A stretch of 43,730 bases of DNA, taken from the IMG/VR virus record IMGVR_UViG_3300046408_000003, positions 1 to 43,730 of that record; one strand, 5' to 3'. A program made the translations under genes and the position numbers. The notes beneath the pieces were generated by a model, which did no database searches, was not told the origin of the DNA, and saw nothing but the letters and a program-made list of their open reading frames with translations. Below are positions 17,990-27,781 of this stretch, in pieces. Each line of letters begins with the position of its first letter. Position 1 is the stretch's first letter. Source of the stretch: a virus. Lineage: Duplodnaviria > Caudoviricetes.

Positions 17990-20860
17990 GTGGCAGTGAC
18001 GCCGGGTTCAGACAACCAGGTAGAAGTCCTGCTGACAGCGGACTATTCGAACCTACAGGAAGGGATGGCCAGCGGCGCCGAGTCGGTCGCGGCTGGTAGC
18101 GCGGCGATTCGCGAGTCGATCGTCGGCCAGATGAACGACTTCCAGGCGCTCGACGCGATCCTTTCGAAGAACACGAAAACGATGGCCGACCTTGGCGCGC
18201 AGGAACTCGCGCTCGATCGGCTGCAACGCGACAACCTGATTTCGACCGAAGAACTCGAAGTCGCGACGACGAACCTTGCGGCCGCCGATGCAGCGCTTGC
18301 GAAAGCGGCAAAGGCCGCCGGCAATGCCGAGGAAGAAAAGACCGGCAAGATGGCGCTGAGCGCCGGCGTGACGCGCGAACTTGCGGTCATGACCGGAGAA
18401 ACCTTGCGCGGGAACTACACGCGCCTGATCGGCTCGACCACCGTCCTTGCCACGCGCACCGGTGTGATGGGCGCCGCGATCCAGGGTTTGCTTTCGCCGA
18501 TCGGTTTGCTCATCGCAGGGTTTGCGGCCGTGACCGCGATCACGATCGAATCGCACGAAAGTATGCGCAAGCTCGAAGGCGAACTCGCCGCGACTGGCGA
18601 TGCATGCGGCCTGACCGTTTCCGGGGTTCACGAACTCGAGGCCGGATTGCGCGGTATGGGCGCGACCGCTGGCCAGGCGAACGAAGCGCTGACCGCGATC
18701 ATCAAGTCCGGAAAGTTCACCGGCGATGAATTCGAAGACGTTGCGCGCGCTGCGATCGCGATGGCCGACATGACCGGCGAGTCGGTCGAAAAGATGGTCC
18801 AGCAAATAGCGCGCCTGGAAGTCGATCCGGTCAAGTCGATCCAGGCGCTAAACACCGAGTTCAATTTCCTGAGCCCAGCCGAGGCGATGGAAATACGCCA
18901 CCTGATCGAAATCGGCGACAAGGCCGGCGCCGCCGCGCGCGCGATCCGCGACCTGGCGAATGCCGAAGCGCAGCGCGACGCCGGCTTCAAGGCATCCGGG
19001 AGCGCCTTCGATCATTGGATCGATAACGTCAAGAAAATCGGATCCGGTGCGATTCACGGCACGCTGTTCGATCCGCCGTCGATGAAGGAAAACCTCGCGC
19101 AGGTCACCCACGACCTGAACACCTTCATCGACTACTACAAGGGATCCTTCGCGGCCGACGGGAAAGGCGGCGTCAAGCTGGTCAACACCGAAGGGATGGA
19201 CGAATCGCGAATCGAGCAGATCAATTCCCTGATCGCCGAGCACGCAGCATTGCAGCGCCAGATTACGGCCGAGGCGAACAAGCAGGCCGACGCACAAGCG
19301 AAGAACAACGCCGCGATCAAGACCGCGAACGACCTGCTTGCCGGAACCGCTGGCAGTTACAAGGCGCTGTCCGAAAAAGGAATGGCCGGCGTCGATGTCG
19401 AAGGCAACCTGCGCCAGCAATTGAACGACCTGGAAGTCGCCGAAAAGGTCAGTTACGGCAAGCGGAAGGAATTCGCGGCCGAATACTGGGCCTACGTCCT
19501 GCAACACGCGAAGGAAGGCACGACGGCCTATACCGAAGCATGGCAGGAAGCGCAGTCGACGCAAAAAGCGCTCGGCGAAGACCAGCTACGCGCGACGGAC
19601 AAGCTCGATCGCGAGCGCACCGCGGCCGCGCGCAAGGGCGCTGCCGAAGCCAAGCGGTCCGCACGCGAGGCGGCTTCCGAACAGATGAACGCGCTCGAGG
19701 AAGTCCGCAACGCCACGGAAAAGGCAAGCCAGGACCGGATCGACGCCGATGAACGCATCGTTGCCGCTGCGACGAAGCTCTATCACGTGGACTCGACGCA
19801 ATGGCGCCACGCGCTCGACCAGAAGCGCGCGGACACGGACGAGTTCTGGCGCAACAGCATCGAAACGATGCACCGCCAACTTGAGGCCGGCACGAAGATG
19901 GAAGAAGAGCAACTCAAGACCGCGCACGATACGGCGGTCGCTGAATTGCAGATCAAGCGGCAACAGAACGACGACGACTACGCGCAGGGCCGGATCACCG
20001 CGGAACAGCGGCTCGCGCAGGAAAAGAAACTCGACGACGACCTGTTCGCCGAGGACCGCGCCTACTACGCACAACTGGCCGCGCTGCGGTCCGGCGACGT
20101 GAAGGCCGCGAACAAGGCCGACGACGAAATCGAAAAGGCGCACCTGTCGCAGATCAAGTCAAAGGAAAAGGCCGACCAGAAGTATTTCGACGAACTGAAA
20201 AAGCATTACCAGCAAACCGCGGACTCGATCGCGCGTTCGATGACCGGCGCCTTCACGTCCATGATTTTCCATCAGCAAAGCGCCAAGCAGGCGATGCTTT
20301 CGCTGGCCGAACAGTTCGCCTCGCAGATCATCGAAATCGAGGTCACGAAGCCGCTGGCCAAATGGATCGAATCGCTTTTCATCAAGCAGGCGCAAAAGCG
20401 CGCGTCGGATGCCGCGAACGCCGCCGAGTCGGCGACCATGCGCGCGACCGACGCTGCGGCCGATGCCGCGTCTTCGATGGCTTCGGTTGTGCGCGCGAGC
20501 GGGCGCGCCGGTGCCGAAGGTACCGCCAGCTTTGCCGGCGCACCGTGGCCGATCGACCTTGGCGCGCCGGCGTTCGGCGCTTCGATGGCTGCCGCTGCGC
20601 TGGCCTTCGGTTCGGTGGCCAGCGCGTCGCGCGGCTGGGGTAATGTTCCGTACGACGACATGCCGACGCTGCTGCACAAGAACGAAATGGTCCTGCCAGC
20701 ACCGATCGCGAAAAAGGTCCGCGACGGTTCCGGCGGCGGCATCACGATCTTCGCGCTTGACGCGCGCAGCATGAAGGAATCGCTGCGCCGCAATCCGGCG
20801 GCGTTCGCATCGGCGGCGCGCCATGCCGCGCGGCTTGGCCACGTGGGGAACGCGCGATGA
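17990..20860 (+). CDS. Tape measure protein
   Basis: 956 aa, Ala-rich and helical; lambda-type region DPVKSIQALNTEFNFLS; C-terminal GWGNVP...LHKNEMVLPA. Confidence 0.92.
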   Translation: MAVTPGSDNQVEVLLTADYSNLQEGMASGAESVAAGSAAIRESIVGQMNDFQALDAILSKNTKTMADLGAQELALDRLQRDNLISTEELEVATTNLAAADAALAKAAKAAGNAEEEKTGKMALSAGVTRELAVMTGETLRGNYTRLIGSTTVLATRTGVMGAAIQGLLSPIGLLIAGFAAVTAITIESHESMRKLEGELAATGDACGLTVSGVHELEAGLRGMGATAGQANEALTAIIKSGKFTGDEFEDVARAAIAMADMTGESVEKMVQQIARLEVDPVKSIQALNTEFNFLSPAEAMEIRHLIEIGDKAGAAARAIRDLANAEAQRDAGFKASGSAFDHWIDNVKKIGSGAIHGTLFDPPSMKENLAQVTHDLNTFIDYYKGSFAADGKGGVKLVNTEGMDESRIEQINSLIAEHAALQRQITAEANKQADAQAKNNAAIKTANDLLAGTAGSYKALSEKGMAGVDVEGNLRQQLNDLEVAEKVSYGKRKEFAAEYWAYVLQHAKEGTTAYTEAWQEAQSTQKALGEDQLRATDKLDRERTAAARKGAAEAKRSAREAASEQMNALEEVRNATEKASQDRIDADERIVAAATKLYHVDSTQWRHALDQKRADTDEFWRNSIETMHRQLEAGTKMEEEQLKTAHDTAVAELQIKRQQNDDDYAQGRITAEQRLAQEKKLDDDLFAEDRAYYAQLAALRSGDVKAANKADDEIEKAHLSQIKSKEKADQKYFDELKKHYQQTADSIARSMTGAFTSMIFHQQSAKQAMLSLAEQFASQIIEIEVTKPLAKWIESLFIKQAQKRASDAANAAESATMRATDAAADAASSMASVVRASGRAGAEGTASFAGAPWPIDLGAPAFGASMAAAALAFGSVASASRGWGNVPYDDMPTLLHKNEMVLPAPIAKKVRDGSGGGITIFALDARSMKESLRRNPAAFASAARHAARLGHVGNAR

Positions 20861-22023
20861 CTTACCCAGTGTTTCCGTCGTTCATCGGCCTGGCTTGGGA
20901 CATCAAGACGCGGATGGTCTTTTCGACCGCCGCGGAAGTCGCCGCCAGCGGCGCGAAATTCCAGACCGGCCGCTGGCCGGTTCCGTTGCTCGAGTTCGAT
21001 CTTGCGTGGAATTACCTGGCGCCGGCCGACCTGAACACGTTCCTCGCTTTCCTGATCACCTTGACCGGACCGTTGCAGCCGTTCCTGGTCGCGCCGACGA
21101 ACGATAGCGGCGTGACGATGCAGCAATTCGGCACCGGCGACGGATCGACGGTCGCGTTCCAGCTCAAGAATGCCTATACCTACCCGATCACCCAGCCGGA
21201 CGCCGGCGAAACGATCTACGTCAACGACTGGCAAGGCTACACGCCGATGTTGCCGACCGCGCGCACGAACCTGGTCCATCAGTCGCAGACGATCGACAAC
21301 GGTTACTGGGTAGAACTTGGCGCGACGATCACCGCCGATGCAACGGCCGCGCCAGACGGCACGACGACCGCCGACCAGCTTGTCGAAGACACCAGCACCG
21401 GCTTTCATGCCACCCGGAGCGGCAATCTCACGCTGGCGGCTTCGACGTTCTACACGTTCAGCGCCTACGTGAAGCCGAGCGGACGCACGTCCGTTCGCAT
21501 GGAAGTCATCGGCGGCGCGAGCGGATGGGACTCGGCCGCGCTACCTTCGGCCGACTTCGACCTGGCTGGAGTCACGGTTTCCGGACTGACCGCAGGAACC
21601 ACGGGGACGATTACACCGGCTGCGCATGGGTTCTTCCGGATCACCGTGACCGCGAAGACTTCCGCCTCGCCGGTCACAAGCAACCAGCGCGTCGACGCAT
21701 TTAACGCTGGTCCGTCCTATCACGGCGACGGTGCGAGCGGGTTCTACCTTTGGGGCGCACAAGGCGAAACAGGATCCGTGGCAACACGCTACATCCCGAC
21801 CACGACCGCGAACGTGACCGTGACCGATTACACGCTTGCGCTCGGCCTGGTCACGTTCGTCGCGCCGCCGGTGAACGCTGCGCCGATCCTATGGACCGGG
21901 ACGTACAAATACCTGGTGCGCTTCGCCGCCGGCGCTTCGAAGGACGCCGACACCTACGAATTCAACCAGATGCTTTCGCAAATGTACGAACAAGGCGGCC
22001 TGACGATGGAGCTTGCACGGTGA
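20857..22023 (+). CDS. DUF2460-like distal tail protein with inserted carbohydrate-binding-like domain
   Basis: FPSFIGLAWD...QFGTGDGSTVAFQL...WTGTYKYLVRF flank an approx. 190 aa insert ARTNL...APDGTTTAD...YTFSAYVK...WGAQGE.GSVATRYIPT. Confidence 0.75.
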   Translation: MTYPVFPSFIGLAWDIKTRMVFSTAAEVAASGAKFQTGRWPVPLLEFDLAWNYLAPADLNTFLAFLITLTGPLQPFLVAPTNDSGVTMQQFGTGDGSTVAFQLKNAYTYPITQPDAGETIYVNDWQGYTPMLPTARTNLVHQSQTIDNGYWVELGATITADATAAPDGTTTADQLVEDTSTGFHATRSGNLTLAASTFYTFSAYVKPSGRTSVRMEVIGGASGWDSAALPSADFDLAGVTVSGLTAGTTGTITPAAHGFFRITVTAKTSASPVTSNQRVDAFNAGPSYHGDGASGFYLWGAQGETGSVATRYIPTTTANVTVTDYTLALGLVTFVAPPVNAAPILWTGTYKYLVRFAAGASKDADTYEFNQMLSQMYEQGGLTMELAR

Positions 22024-22997
22024 AGAACTGCAGCGCAGGTTTCCGGACCATGCTTCGTTCGTCGGCTTCGCTCATGGTCGCCGACCTGGTGACCTTCAAT
22101 TTCGCGAACGGCTCGACGCTGCGCCTGACCGATGCGCCGCAGAACATCACCGTCGGCGGCCATACCTACCTTTGCACGGTCCAGGACACCGTTCCGGCAT
22201 TCCAGCGGCAAGGCACGAAGATGGCGATCGGCGTGGCCGTCGAAACGATCGAGGTCGACCTGCTTTACAACGCGAACACCGCGATGTTTGGAACCACGCC
22301 TGGCGCCTTCGCGGTTGCCGGCGGATTCGATGCTGCAACGATCACGGTCGACAAGTTCCTCTCGCCTTCGCTCGACGACGTTTCACGTGGAACGATCAAC
22401 CTTTTCTCCGGGATCGTCACCGACGTGGAAGTCGATAGCAACCGCGTGGTGCTGCATTGTTCAAGCTCGCTGATTTACCTGGCCGGCCAGTTCCCGCGAA
22501 ACTACTTCCTGCCGCAATGCCAGAACACGATCTACGACGCCGGATGCCAGGCGAACCCGGCGACGTTCAAGGTTTACGGCGTCGTCGTGACGTCGGCGTT
22601 GAACAGCCAGATCACCGCGGCCGGACTCGGCCAGGCTTCCGGCTACTTCGCGCAAGGATGGGTCACGATCCAGACCGGGGCGAACGCCGGCCTGGTCCGA
22701 TCGGTCCGCGGCTTCGCGTCCGGCGTGATCGACCTGCTCTATCCGTTGCCGGCGCCTTGTGCACCTGGCGACACCTTCGACATCCAGCCAGGCTGCGACA
22801 AGACGCAAACCGGGGCGAACGGCTGTCCGAAGTTTTCGAACATCGCGCACTACCGCGGGTTCCCCTACGTCCCGACGCCAGAAACGCTCACGATGGGCGG
22901 CAACCCGCCGACCGACGGCGGCGGCGGCGCTGGCCAGGGCGGCGGCGGCATTGCGCGCGGTCCCGGCGGCCAGCACGGCCAGTTCCAGATGCAGTAG
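22020..22997 (+). CDS. DUF2163 / baseplate hub protein (GTA gp13-like)
   Basis: GTG at 22020; C.NTIYDAGC, PGCDKT...C.KF.N..HYRGFPYVP Cys motifs. Confidence 0.85.
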   Translation: MKNCSAGFRTMLRSSASLMVADLVTFNFANGSTLRLTDAPQNITVGGHTYLCTVQDTVPAFQRQGTKMAIGVAVETIEVDLLYNANTAMFGTTPGAFAVAGGFDAATITVDKFLSPSLDDVSRGTINLFSGIVTDVEVDSNRVVLHCSSSLIYLAGQFPRNYFLPQCQNTIYDAGCQANPATFKVYGVVVTSALNSQITAAGLGQASGYFAQGWVTIQTGANAGLVRSVRGFASGVIDLLYPLPAPCAPGDTFDIQPGCDKTQTGANGCPKFSNIAHYRGFPYVPTPETLTMGGNPPTDGGGGAGQGGGGIARGPGGQHGQFQMQ

Positions 22998-23005
22998 GGA
23001 AGGAC

Positions 23006-23509
23006 ATGACCACAGAACCGCTCAAATCGTCAACGTCCGGGCCTACGGCAACGCCGGCGGAAAAATCCGGGGATGTGGGGCGCCGGATCGTCGGCGCTGC
23101 GCTGGGGTGGATTGGTACGGCCTATCACCACGCCGGCGACATCCGGAAGAACGGCGCCGACCGCGGCGGCGTGGACTGCGCCATGATCCTGGTCCGCGTG
23201 TTCTGCGACCTTGGCCTGGTCCCGATGTTCGATCCGCGACCGTATCCACCGGACTGGCACCTTCACCGGGATAGCGAACGCTTCCTCGGATGGGTCCAGG
23301 AATTCGCTGTCAAGGTCGATCGGCCGGCGCCTGGCGATGTCGTGATGTTCCGGTTCGGTCGCGCGTTCGCGCACGGCGGGATCGTTTGCGCGGTCGACGG
23401 CGCCTTCGTGCGGATGATCCATGCCAACCAGGACGCCGGCGAGGTCGAACTGGCCGAGGTCCGGCGCTGGAATCATCGCCAGCCGTGTTACTGGCGGCTC
23501 AAGCCATGA
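23006..23509 (+). CDS. NlpC/P60 family tail peptidase
   Basis: WIGTAYHH...GVDCA...PGDVVMFRFGRAFAHGGI...IHA. Confidence 0.9.
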   Translation: MTTEPLKSSTSGPTATPAEKSGDVGRRIVGAALGWIGTAYHHAGDIRKNGADRGGVDCAMILVRVFCDLGLVPMFDPRPYPPDWHLHRDSERFLGWVQEFAVKVDRPAPGDVVMFRFGRAFAHGGIVCAVDGAFVRMIHANQDAGEVELAEVRRWNHRQPCYWRLKP

Positions 23510-26500
23510 GCATCTTCGGCGGTCACAAGCAACCCGCTGCAGCCGTTCCGAAGGCCGCGCTCGGGATCGACTTCACCGGCTCGCAATACGGCGTGTGCAT
23601 CCCGGTCATCCTTGGCCGGAACAAGGTCGCCGGAACGTGTATCTGGTACGGCGACTTCAAGGCGATCCCGATCGTCACGAAAACGCAAAGTGGCAAGGGC
23701 GGCGGCAGCCATTACAGCGTGACCGGCTACAACTACAGCGCATCCTTCGAACTAGGCCTTTGCGCCGGCGTGGCCACCGTCAACGCGGTCTACGACGGCA
23801 CCAGCGTGGTTTCGCTGGCCAGTCTGTCCGGCGTGGACTTTTCCGGGACCGCTGGCCAGGCGCCCTGGGGCCACCTGTCCGGCGCCGCGGCGCTCGGCTA
23901 TTCCGGCACCGGCCTGGTCGCGTTCCAGGATCTTCCGCTTGGCCAGTCGCCTAGCCTTCCGAACTACAACTTCGAAATGGACGGACCGTGCCAGCTTGGC
24001 GGCGGCGTGTACGACTGCGACCCGGCCGACATCATCACCTACGTCTGCACGAATGCGCTCGAGGGGATGAACTTCAACGCGCTCGGAAGCCTGACCCAGC
24101 TTTCGAACTATGCGCGTGCGGCCGGGCTGCTGTTTTCGCCGGTGTACGACACCCAGCAATCCGGCCTGCAAACGCTCGACGAACTGATCAAGTATTCGAA
24201 TACCGCGGCGTGGTTTTCCGAAGGCGTCCTGAAATTCCAGCCATACGGCGACCGCACGATCACCGGCAACAGCCGCACCTACAACCCGCCTGCAGCAACC
24301 GGAATCAACCTCGGGCCGGCCGACTTCATCACGAACGGACCAGGGCCGGCGGTCAAGATCAAGCGCAAGTCCGCAGCCGATGCGGTAAACATCGTGCGCG
24401 TTCAATACAAGGATCGCGCGAATACCTATCACGACGACGGCGTCGTGGCGTCGATCGACCAGGATGTCTTGACGCTCGGCCAGCGCGCCGACGCGACCGA
24501 CTCGACCAGCATGATCACGTCCGGAACGGTTGCCCAACTGGTCGCGCAAAACCTGCTCCAGCGCCAGTTCTACGTGCGCAACACCTACGAATTCCAGCTT
24601 TCCTGGCGCTATTGCGATCTGGAATGCATGGACATCGTGACGTTGACCGACGCGAACACCGGACTCAACCTGACGCCGGTGCGAATCATCGAAGTGGACG
24701 AAGACGCGCACGGACTGCTTTCCTTCATTGCCGAGGAATATCCGGAAGGGATCGGCCACGGCAACAGCTATGCGAACCAGCCGAACGGCGCGACGGCGGT
24801 CGATCGACTGACCGACCCTGGACCGATCGCGGCGCCGTACATATTCCGCGGGCCAGGCTTCCTGGTATCGCCGAACGCGCCGGAAATCTGGTGCGCGATC
24901 ATCGGCCTTTCGGATTGGTGGGCCGGCTGCGATGTGTTCATGAGCCAGAACGGATCGAGCTACACCTACCTGACCACCTACGCGCGCCGCGCAGCCTATG
25001 GCGTGCTGACGAACACGCTCGGCAACGTCGCCGACCCGGACACCACGTCGGCGCCGAACGTGTCGCTCAATGGCACCGCGCAATTGCTCGGCGGCTCGGC
25101 GTCGGACTGTGACGAATTCGTGACGCTTGCGATGGTGGACACCGAAATCATTTCCTACCAGGTCGCCACGCTAGCGGCCGGTCCGTCCTACACGCTGGGC
25201 ACGCGGATCCGCCGCGGCGGCTACGGCTCGGCGATCGCTTCGCATTCGGCCGGCGCTCCGTTCGTTCGGCTCGACGAAAACATCCTGCGCATTCCGGTCG
25301 ATCCGTCGCAGATCGGCAAAACGATCTACCTGAAGTTCCTCTCGTTCAACGTCTTCGGACTCGGCGGCCGCACGCTCGCCGGCGAGACGCCGTACACCTA
25401 CGTCGTCGGCACGAATGTCGAATGCCCGGACGTTCCGCAAACGCCAGGCGCGTTCGCGGTCATCCCGGTCGCCGACGGAAACAACATGACCTGGCAGAAC
25501 GTGAATCCGGCGGCCGTGGGTTGCACGTCGATCGAAATTTCCGCGAACGGCTCGACCGGCTGGACCGTGATCGCGCAATGCGGGCCGACGGCGACCAGCT
25601 TCCACCACGCCTTCACGTCGAACACGCTCTGGTACTACCGCGCGCGCTCGCGCGGATCGGTCATCGCCGGCGGCTGGTCGGCCTATACCGCGGTCTACAA
25701 CTCGCAAGGCCGCTACGTGTCCGGGATCATCGTTCCCGGATCGGGCGTCCAGATCGGCGACGAACGCAACCTCCCGCAAATCACGGTCACGAACTTCAAC
25801 AGCAAGCTGCCCGCCGTGATCACCTATTCGGCGGCCGCTGGCACGCCGGCGACGGCGACGATTTCGGTCGCGGCGTTCACCGTCCTGGCCGGTTCGGTTT
25901 CGATCAACTACAACGCGATGAGCGCCGGCACGACTGGTACGAACGGAACGACGGTCACCTATTACCTTTACATGGACGACGCGCTCTACGCGGGCGGATC
26001 GCATACCCTGGTCGCGACCACGAACGCGAACGACGTCTACGGCGCCGACGGCCGCGCATACATCGGTGCTGTCGTCGTGGTCTATCCGAACGCCGGTTCT
26101 GGTTCCGGCGGCGGCAGCAACGACCGCTGCGTTTGCGACGGCATGCTGATCGGTCCCGGCCTTTACGCGGCCGACGCATTGCCTGGCGACGTGTTCGATT
26201 GCATGAACCTGGCGGTCGACGGCATGGCGGTCTTCCCGCGTGAACTGCAGGCGATTGAACGCGCTCGAGCGGCTTGTGTCCGGATCACGACCGATGCCGG
26301 CGCGGTCCTGGACTGTTCGGCGTGCACGCCGTTCGATCTATTGACCGGCCGTTCCGAGCTTGCCGAAAATATGCTCGGCCATAACGTGATCACCGACCGC
26401 GGCGTCGAAACCGTGGTCAGCGTGGAACCGCTCGGCGAACGGTCCGTGTACCATATCCACCTTGGCGGCGTGAGTTTCGCCGCCGGCAAGGATGCAACGC

Positions 26501-26532
26501 ACCGGATCTACAGCCACAACCTGAAACCGTGA
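23506..26532 (+). CDS. Central tail tip / host-specificity protein with FN3 domain and C-terminal Hint domain
   Basis: SQYG..IPVILG...IWYGDF, GKGGG, LPNYNFE, LECMDIVTL, IGKTIYLKFLSFN; FN3-like ...WYYRARS...GWSAY; ends C-V-C...IYSHN-LKP. Confidence 0.88.
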   Translation: MSIFGGHKQPAAAVPKAALGIDFTGSQYGVCIPVILGRNKVAGTCIWYGDFKAIPIVTKTQSGKGGGSHYSVTGYNYSASFELGLCAGVATVNAVYDGTSVVSLASLSGVDFSGTAGQAPWGHLSGAAALGYSGTGLVAFQDLPLGQSPSLPNYNFEMDGPCQLGGGVYDCDPADIITYVCTNALEGMNFNALGSLTQLSNYARAAGLLFSPVYDTQQSGLQTLDELIKYSNTAAWFSEGVLKFQPYGDRTITGNSRTYNPPAATGINLGPADFITNGPGPAVKIKRKSAADAVNIVRVQYKDRANTYHDDGVVASIDQDVLTLGQRADATDSTSMITSGTVAQLVAQNLLQRQFYVRNTYEFQLSWRYCDLECMDIVTLTDANTGLNLTPVRIIEVDEDAHGLLSFIAEEYPEGIGHGNSYANQPNGATAVDRLTDPGPIAAPYIFRGPGFLVSPNAPEIWCAIIGLSDWWAGCDVFMSQNGSSYTYLTTYARRAAYGVLTNTLGNVADPDTTSAPNVSLNGTAQLLGGSASDCDEFVTLAMVDTEIISYQVATLAAGPSYTLGTRIRRGGYGSAIASHSAGAPFVRLDENILRIPVDPSQIGKTIYLKFLSFNVFGLGGRTLAGETPYTYVVGTNVECPDVPQTPGAFAVIPVADGNNMTWQNVNPAAVGCTSIEISANGSTGWTVIAQCGPTATSFHHAFTSNTLWYYRARSRGSVIAGGWSAYTAVYNSQGRYVSGIIVPGSGVQIGDERNLPQITVTNFNSKLPAVITYSAAAGTPATATISVAAFTVLAGSVSINYNAMSAGTTGTNGTTVTYYLYMDDALYAGGSHTLVATTNANDVYGADGRAYIGAVVVVYPNAGSGSGGGSNDRCVCDGMLIGPGLYAADALPGDVFDCMNLAVDGMAVFPRELQAIERARAACVRITTDAGAVLDCSACTPFDLLTGRSELAENMLGHNVITDRGVETVVSVEPLGERSVYHIHLGGVSFAAGKDATHRIYSHNLKP
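26128..26520 (+). other. Hint (intein-like) autoprocessing domain, 131 aa
   Basis: Gly linker then Cys1 (CVCDGMLI), A.D..PGD, CVRITTDAGAVLDCS..TPF (block B-like), VVSVEPLGERSVYHI (block F), terminal SHN. Confidence 0.8.
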
Positions 26533-26541
26533 GGCGCTCGC

Positions 26542-26961
26542 ATGTATTCCAAGCCAGACCAGTCCGGGTTCGCGCTTTCCGAGCATGAAACCGTGGTCAA
26601 GCTCGACACCGGCGATCTGGTCGCCGTGACCGTCGAAGGCTTCGTCGAACCGCATAGCGGCAACCCGGTCGTCGGCATTTCGGCGCGCGTGGTCAACGAA
26701 GCCGGCAATGCAGTACTCGACGCGAACGGCCAGCCGATCCGCTCGGCCTTCCGGCATGCCAGCAACCACCATGAAGTCGAAGCGGTCGGCGGGATCGACG
26801 CGCTGCGCCGGATCCTGGTCATGGCGGTCCTCGGCGAAGATACCGCGCCGCTTTTCAAGGATCCGATTCACGCAACGGTGCTCGAGCACTACAGCATCCG
26901 CACGAACCTGGCCAGCGCGTTGCATGCTGGCATTGTGAAAGACGTCGCGACCTTACTTTGA
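26542..26961 (+). CDS. Hypothetical protein directly after the tail tip gene
   Basis: GAGG RBS, 139 aa. Confidence 0.7.
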   Translation: MYSKPDQSGFALSEHETVVKLDTGDLVAVTVEGFVEPHSGNPVVGISARVVNEAGNAVLDANGQPIRSAFRHASNHHEVEAVGGIDALRRILVMAVLGEDTAPLFKDPIHATVLEHYSIRTNLASALHAGIVKDVATLL

Positions 26962-26973
26962 AGGAACAAAGCA

Positions 26974-27378
26974 ATGGCAACCGGCGAAAATGTCCTAACC
27001 GCAGCGTGGGCGCTTGGCGTTTGCATCCTGATTATCGGCGGCCTGCTCGGCGCCTATATCAAGGCAGTTACGGGCGCCATCAATGAACGAATCAAGGCAA
27101 CGAACGACCGCCTCGACCGTGAATTAAAAACCGCGAAGGACGAAAGCGAATACCGGCTGCTGGTATTGCGCAACGAGTTCGAACAGCGCCGGCTCGAAAA
27201 CGCGACAACCATTGGTCGACTCTTGAGCAAGTTCGATGACCTGCGAAGCGATCTGGAAAGCAACCACCACCCGAAAGGGGAAATGGAAAAAATCATGACC
27301 CAGATCGTCCGCGCCGAACTGGGACCGCTTGAAAAGCGTTTCGACGTTCTACTCGCTAAACTTGGGCAGGAGGACTGA
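26974..27378 (+). CDS. Membrane-anchored coiled-coil protein (lysis cassette; holin/antiholin or i-spanin-like)
   Basis: One N-terminal TM (VLTAAWALGVCILIIGGLLGAYI) then coiled coil; precedes the endolysin. Confidence 0.55.
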   Translation: MATGENVLTAAWALGVCILIIGGLLGAYIKAVTGAINERIKATNDRLDRELKTAKDESEYRLLVLRNEFEQRRLENATTIGRLLSKFDDLRSDLESNHHPKGEMEKIMTQIVRAELGPLEKRFDVLLAKLGQED

Positions 27379-27379
27379 T

Positions 27380-27781
27380 ATGTGGCGCTACGAACAGAAC
27401 ACCGGCCGGATGTTTCGGCCCGACGGGATCATGCTGGCGGCCGGCTATTCCGGCGCATGGGACGGCGCCGCCGTCGGCGGTCCGAACGATCACCGCAATC
27501 GCTCGCTGGACCAGGGCATGCATGCGCTCGGCCCTATCCCGGTCGGCACCTATGACATCGGCGACGCGTTCGACGACGTTCCCGGCAAGGGCCCGGTCGC
27601 CGCTCACCTGGTCCCGCATCCGGAAAACGCAATGTTCGGCAGGTCCGGCTTCATGATCCACGGCGACCTGTCGGCGCCGCGATCCGGCCAGGCGTCCGAG
27701 GGCTGCATCATCCTGCCGCGCTACGCGCGCGAAGCGATCGCCGACAGTGACGACCGCGTCCTGGTTGTCGAAGTGTCGTGA
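27380..27781 (+). CDS. Tlde1/DUF2778-type L,D-transpeptidase-fold enzyme, probable endolysin
   Basis: GYSG...GPIPVGTY...GRSGFMIHGD...ASEGCII; AGGAGG RBS. Confidence 0.8.
   Translation: MWRYEQNTGRMFRPDGIMLAAGYSGAWDGAAVGGPNDHRNRSLDQGMHALGPIPVGTYDIGDAFDDVPGKGPVAAHLVPHPENAMFGRSGFMIHGDLSAPRSGQASEGCIILPRYAREAIADSDDRVLVVEVS

Noticed and set aside
26128-26520. Canonical mobile intein
   Set aside because: There is no endonuclease, the +1 residue is Leu, and the C-extein is only 3 residues.
244-26532. Diversity-generating retroelement or invertible tail-fibre cassette
   Set aside because: I saw no reverse transcriptase, recombinase or TR/VR repeat pair by eye; a self dot-plot would be the definitive check.
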